A DNA stretch of 64,000 bases, taken from contig OZ287087.1 of NCBI GenBank assembly GCA_965645245.1, positions 992,001 through 1,056,000 on the forward strand. The letters are read 5' to 3'. A program made the translations under genes and the position numbers. This stretch comes from Massalongia carnosa (lineage: Eukaryota). Position 1 is the stretch's first letter; every line of letters begins with the position of its first letter. This document shows, one piece after another, positions 58,496 through 64,000 of the stretch. Below the pieces are notes generated by a model. The model was not told the origin of the DNA. It searched no databases and saw only the letters and a list, made by a program, of their open reading frames with translations.

Positions 58496-61400
58496 AAAGC
58501 GAGCCAAGCCTAATTCCTGAGGGGACTATAACGAGGGGAGTCCAAAAATACCCGGCGACAGTGTTGCTTGATGGAGCAGCCGAGATTAATGTGATTAATC
58601 AGGGATTCGCCGTCGCTTCAGATCTTAGACCTATTGAAAGCGAACTACCTGCTCCTCAATTCATGGATGGTAAAGAGGTTTACTGCTATGGAGCTTATAA
58701 GGTAGTAATGGCTCTCTAGGATACTTGGCAGCGACAGCGCACCTTTACCAGCGTGTTTTACGCAATTGACAAACAGGGCCCTGACTTGGTGTTGGGTCTC
58801 CCTGGTCTCAAACAGCTGGGTATCGTAATCGATTATGGAGCGAAGCGCTGGCGTTATAGCTTTCAGTCTGATATGTTCGAGTTGTGCAAGCCTAAACAGT
58901 TTGCGAAGACCCTGGATTCCGGGGCACCACTCTATGCTATAGTGGCTCAACCCATTGCACCTTGTTCCGAAAGACAACCTGTTAATGTTGGCGCTGTTGA
59001 TGAGAACAACAGCCGGAACACCAACGAAACGCAGGGGATACCTGTGGAATTTGCTGAATTCCAGGATGTTTTTTCTAAGGACAGAGCCAATCAATTAGCT
59101 ACGCACAAGGACTGTGACCACGCTATCGATTTAGAAGGCGGTGATCCACCTTATGGTCCTTTATACAACTTATCGAATACGGAGCTTAAGACTCTTCGGG
59201 AATATCTTGACGACGCCCTGGCGAAGGGTTGGATCCGGCACTCCACCAGTTCTGCAGGTGCACCAATACTATTTGTGCCTAAGAAGGACGGTACTCTGCG
59301 CCTCTGCGTTGACTATCGAGGATTGAATAAGGTGACCAAAAAGAATCGTCATCCGCTCCCTCTTATCACGCAGATACTGGATCAGTTAAACGGGTGTTCC
59401 TATTTTACCAAAATGGATTTGCGAGATGCTTATCATCGTCTCCGAATCCGCAAGGGCGACGAGTGGAAGACGGCATTTCGATCCCGTTACGGACACTACG
59501 AGTATATGGTTATGCCTTTTGGATTAGCCAACGCCCCTGCAACTTTTCAAGCTTACATCAATAAAGCTTTATCTGGGATCGTGGATGTTTTCTGCGTAGT
59601 CTATCTGGACGATATATTGGTATTTTCCAAAGATAGAACGAGCCATGTGGAGCATGTTAAAGAGGTGTTACGTCGTCTAAGGAAACACGATCTCTATGCA
59701 AATCTTAAAAAGTGCGAGTTCTTTGCTCCGGCCGTGGAATATCTAGGGTTTATCATTAGCAGCGATGGTATCTCCATGGATCCACGCCGGGTTGAAACCG
59801 TGCGGGATTGGCCTGCACTTCAGTCCTTTCGAGACATTCAGGTCTTTCTAGGATTCGCCAATTTCTATCGACGTTTCATACGTCATTATTCTCAAATCAC
59901 TAGGCCATTGACTGACATGCTGAAAGGCATGCAGGCTGGGATAAAAAGGGGTACTTTTTATCTTACGGCCGAAGGAGCGGAAGCGTTTAGCAAGCTGAAA
60001 GAAGCCTTTCAGGGCGCGCCCATCTTGGTTCACTTCGATCCAGAACTGCTCATTCGCCTAGAGACCGATGCATCGGATTTCGGAATCTCTGGCATTATCT
60101 CCCAGTTGCAGAAGGATAGGCAATGGCATCCCGTCGCTTTCTACTCGCGGAAGATGATACCGGCCGAGCGCAACTATGAAACCCATGATCAAGAGTTGCT
60201 GGCCATTGTGATGTGTTTTAAACACTGGAGGCATTACCTGGAGGGTAGCCTGCACCCCGTTGAGGTCCTGACAGACCACAACAATTTGAGGGGTTTTATG
60301 AATATTAAGGTGTTGAGTGGTCGGCAAGCGCGATGGGCTATGAAGTTAGCCGCTTATGATTTCGTAATCATGCATCGCTCGGGAAAGACCAATCCTGCCG
60401 ATGCACCGTCTAGGCGCCCTGATTATCAGAGCATCAACACCGAGGTGACGAGATTGTTGCCTACTCTTCAAAAGAAGCTGAGCAAAATAGATTCCTTATG
60501 CGTAGGTTATACGCCGGGGATTCGTACGGTGCTTGCCGCACTTAGGTATGATCTTCGCTCAAAGATAGCTTCGTCCGGGATTGAACCCCTGGAGAATTTA
60601 GAGGGTGAAACCTCTAAATCAATTACTTCTCTTGACGAAGAGAGTGATACTTTTGAAGTCGGCTTGACGCAATGTATTCCCCGGGCTGTAGCTGTTGCCT
60701 TATCAGATGAAGAAAAGCCTTTGGAAAGTGCTTCCAAGTCAGTGCTTGAACTCATCAAGGCGCTACAGGGGAAAGACGCATTCGTGTCTAGCAGGCGAGA
60801 GACCGTTGCTAAGTCTTTGAAGCGCAAGGGTGGTCGCTCCCCCAAAGCAATTTGGACTATAGATAGCAATGATCTTCTCAATCATCGTGGCAGAATTTAC
60901 GTGCCCGATGAAGAATCTATTCGTGCGGAGCTGTTGCGGCGTCATCATGACGACGAGCTCGCGGGTCATTTTGGTGCGGAGAAAACAGCTGAGTTGCTTA
61001 CCCGCAAATACTATTTGAAAGGACTTAACAAGACTGTGAAGAAGTACACGGAATCCTGCGACATTTGTCAAAGGACGAAGGCGCCTAGGCACCGACCTTA
61101 CGGGGTTATGCAATCGCTTCCACGTCCTTCCGGTCCTTGGAAAGAAATCACTATAGATTTCATAACTGGGTTTCCACCTAGCAAGCGTTTCGGCCGGGTT
61201 TATGACTCGTGCCTAGTAATTGTGGATAGATATACCAAAATGGCGCTATATATCCCGGTTACGAATAAAATCAATGCAGTGGACCTGGCAGAAATTCTGT
61301 TTGAATCGGTAGTATTACAGTTCGGCGCTCCTGAGGGCATAGTATCGGATAGAGGGTCGGTCTTTACCAGTGAGTACTGGTCAGAAATTTGTTTTCATTT

Positions 61401-62244
61401 AAAGACGAAACGCCGGCTTAGCACGGCCTTTCACCCTCAAACTGATGGCCAAATCGAACCACAAAACCAGACCCTTGAACACTATTTGAGAGTTTACTGC
61501 ACTGACAATCAATCCAACTGGGTGGCACTATTGCCCCAAGCACAATTTGTCTACCAAGTCAGTTATCAAAGTACGCTTGGGTGCAGCCCCTTTTATTGTA
61601 TGTACGGCTATAACCCGGAGATTCGCTACGAAGTCGGGGACGACATCGCTGTGGAGAGGGTGCCCGCTGCGAAAGAACGAGTAAAGCAATTACACGAGTT
61701 CAGATATTCTTTAGAGGCACGCTGGAAAAGCGTATCCGAAGCGCAGGCCAAGTACTACAACAGGAAACATCTTGAGAAAGATTTCAATGAAGGGGACTTG
61801 GTAATGTTATCTGCCAAGAATCTAAAACAAAAAAGGCCTAGTAAGAAACTTTCACATAAGTTTTTAGGTCCTTTTCGCATTCTAGAAGCATTCGGCAAGC
61901 AGGCGTATCGTCTTGCTCTTCCTACGACTTATAGAATTCACCCGGTCTTTCATGTCTCTTACCTAGAACCTTACAAGCGAAGAGATGGTCAAGAGCATAT
62001 ACCGTTTCTACCCCCACCTGAAATTATTAACGATGAACAGGAATGGGAAGTGGAAGAAATTATAGGTAGAAGGTCTGAGAAAGGGGAAATATTCTATAAG
62101 GTAAAATGGGTAGGATACCCTGAAGAATATGATGAGTGGGTACCAGAGAAAGATCTGGATGGAGCCTTAGAACTGAAGCAGGATTTCGATGCAAAGCAGA
62201 AAGCAAAGCGCAGGCGAATCAAGAAACTACAGGTTACTCGCTGA
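58438..62244 (+). CDS. pol: Gypsy-2 Pol (PR-RT-RH-IN-chromodomain) in the -1 frame; single TAG at 58717
   Basis: Slippery G GGA AAA 58438-58444; LLDGAAEINV protease site; LCVDYRGLN, YLDDILVFS, ETDAS, IDFITGFP, SDRG, FHPQTDGQ, GPF, EWEVEEI..YKVKWVGY. Confidence 0.92.
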
Positions 62245-62721
62245 ATCCAGCAAAACCCTTCTTATTCGCCATCTCATCACCATCGGAACTTTCTGCTTTC
62301 TCGTCCGGCACCTCATCATCACCATCAGTATCTTCTACTTCCTCGTCCGACTCCTCATCACCCTTTTCTTCCTTGAGACTCTCGCTGGAGGAGCATTCGG
62401 AGACAACAATCTCGTACTCCTCACCGTCTTCACCTAAATCAACAAACCATCAACGCTAGCGTTACCGAGCTCGGATCTCTGCTGCTAATCGCCATCGTCC
62501 CCTTCTCCGCTACTTCTAGCGCTCGGAGCGGCATCGGCGACCCAGCATTACCGAGAAGCTAGTGATATTTACATCTACCTACGTCAAGCGCCAGGTATTC
62601 GCGCTTTCTACACAACAAACTTGCTATCTACGCGAGATCTTCTATCACGTCCCTACACACTCCCTTCCGCGTTCGAGTACTGTACGTGTTGGAGGACCAG
62701 CACTATAGGAGAGGAGGCAAT

Positions 62722-64000
62722 TGTCAGTGCATAGAAGGAATAAGGGCTAAGCTAACTAAGCGGGGCTTAGTTCTACGGCTAGGCTTAGTCATATGGAAAG
62801 CAGTGAATCTGCGTTACGCGGCTGGTATCTACTGCCGAGAGTATAGTACGAGCGATCGAGATATACGAGGATGTTCGTACGATTAGTGAGCGGATGGTAC
62901 GATACAGTAAGCACAGTGTCCACGATACAGTCAGCACAGTGTCCACGATGCAGTCAGCAGAGTGTTTAGCCGGCTTATCCGGTAGGAGTAATGGGCGGTC
63001 AAGATAGTTACAGTATCAAGGGCCCAGAGGGTCAAGGGCTTCGGTCCGGGTATATAAGGAGGCTGCTCGAGGGAGATGCAATCTTCAACGATTAGTCTTC
63101 CGCTTTACCTACATACTTCTTTTAGTATATTAGTATAGCAAATCATTAGTGTCTTCACATTGTCACATATCCCTAGGCCTGGTGTCTGATAATCGCCAGG
63201 TCTGACTCTTACAATTCTAATCGTTCTATCCTTCAAGGAGTGACGATCCGTTGACACATTTATACACCTTCTATACACTATCGTCCCGCCATGTCCGCGC
63301 AAGAAGTTGCCTCTGATACCATGATGCCGGAGGAGCGGATCGAAGAACTTTCGGATTCTGAGGGCCCTGGAAGAGGAGCCCTGACCCCAATGGAAAAAGT
63401 AGTCGAACCCATTCAACCCCTGACGTTAGACGAACAGATAGCGCAAGCTGAGCGCAGGCGTAGCGAACTTAAGAAGGAAGTACGTCTGAGGAATTTGAAA
63501 GCCAGTATTGAGCAACTGCAAGAACAAACTCAAAAGCCTTCGAAACCTCCAAACCCTACCGGATCATCCAAGGAACCGGTAATGAGAGGAGCCATTAACC
63601 CTCGTTCTGACGACAATGTAGAGATGACGAGTAGCCAGTCAGTACCTGTTGTTGTTTACAGGAGACGCGCTGCTAGACCCGAGAAAGTCAGTCCCTATCA
63701 TGGAAAAACGGTCAAGGAACATCTGGATTATGAGCGGAACTGCAGAGTGGCGTTTCGCGTGGCAAAAGAGGATTTCCCAGATGATGAATCCAAGATCGCT
63801 TTCGCAATGCAATCGCTGGAAGGGGAGCCTAAGGAAGCTTGGCATCGATATGAGGCAGACGGTGAAATGCACAATTATACCTTCGAAGAGTACTTGAAAT
63901 TCTTGTTAAATATTGTCGAGGACCCAGTTAATCGAGGTCTGCATATGGCCCAATTATTTGCCGAAGCCAAGCAAGGAGAGAAGCAAACGGTAAGAGCTTT
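62722..64000 (+). mobile_element. Second tandem unit of Gypsy-2 sharing the middle LTR; runs off the right edge
   Basis: LTR followed by leader and gag (ATG 63291) repeating 57177..57963 at an offset of 6037. Confidence 0.92.
63291..64000 (+). CDS. gag: Gag of the second tandem unit (partial)
   Basis: Appears identical to 57254..57963. Confidence 0.9.
   Translation, partial: MSAQEVASDTMMPEERIEELSDSEGPGRGALTPMEKVVEPIQPLTLDEQIAQAERRRSELKKEVRLRNLKASIEQLQEQTQKPSKPPNPTGSSKEPVMRGAINPRSDDNVEMTSSQSVPVVVYRRRAARPEKVSPYHGKTVKEHLDYERNCRVAFRVAKEDFPDDESKIAFAMQSLEGEPKEAWHRYEADGEMHNYTFEEYLKFLLNIVEDPVNRGLHMAQLFAEAKQGEKQTVRA

Larger units (their letters stand above)
56685..63213 (+). mobile_element. Ty3/gypsy chromovirus (Gypsy-2), nearly intact
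   Basis: LTRs 56685..57176 and 62722..63213 (LTR 3' end inferred from CA plus adjacent self-priming PBS); PPT AGGAGAGGAGG at ~62707; gag and pol. Confidence 0.95.

Noticed and set aside
62136..62459. Ser-rich ORF after pol (env-like?)
   Set aside because: Low-complexity pyrimidine-rich 3' region with no recognisable domain.

Overview
This window is eukaryotic (fungal, ascomycete-like; the TE-saturated landscape without obvious RIP-style decay resembles powdery mildews, which is an inference). I find no host gene: almost the whole 64 kb is a nested stack of transposable elements, most with termini and target-site duplications (TSDs) readable by eye. Contents: two kinds of Tad-like LINE (AT-rich 'LINE-A' with RNase H, in five copies, several split by later insertions; 'LINE-B' types lacking RNase H), two Ty1/copia elements, two Ty3/gypsy chromoviruses with Tf1-type self-priming signals (one nearly intact and tandemly duplicated), a hAT carrying a Mutator-like fragment, a DD34E Tc1 element, five solo LTRs of three families and a 200-N gap. 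The most unusual feature is an unclassified ~1.7-kb element ('X', 3 copies). It has a variable 23-bp repeat array at one end, four covarying T-loop/B-box hairpin modules, and an invariant ...CATTCTTAG end that in all three copies is fused directly to a differently 5'-truncated, same-sense LINE-A. One X+LINE-A chimera is enclosed by a single (imperfect) TSD, suggesting an RNA that hitchhikes on LINE retrotransposition. All coordinates and alignments were read by hand.
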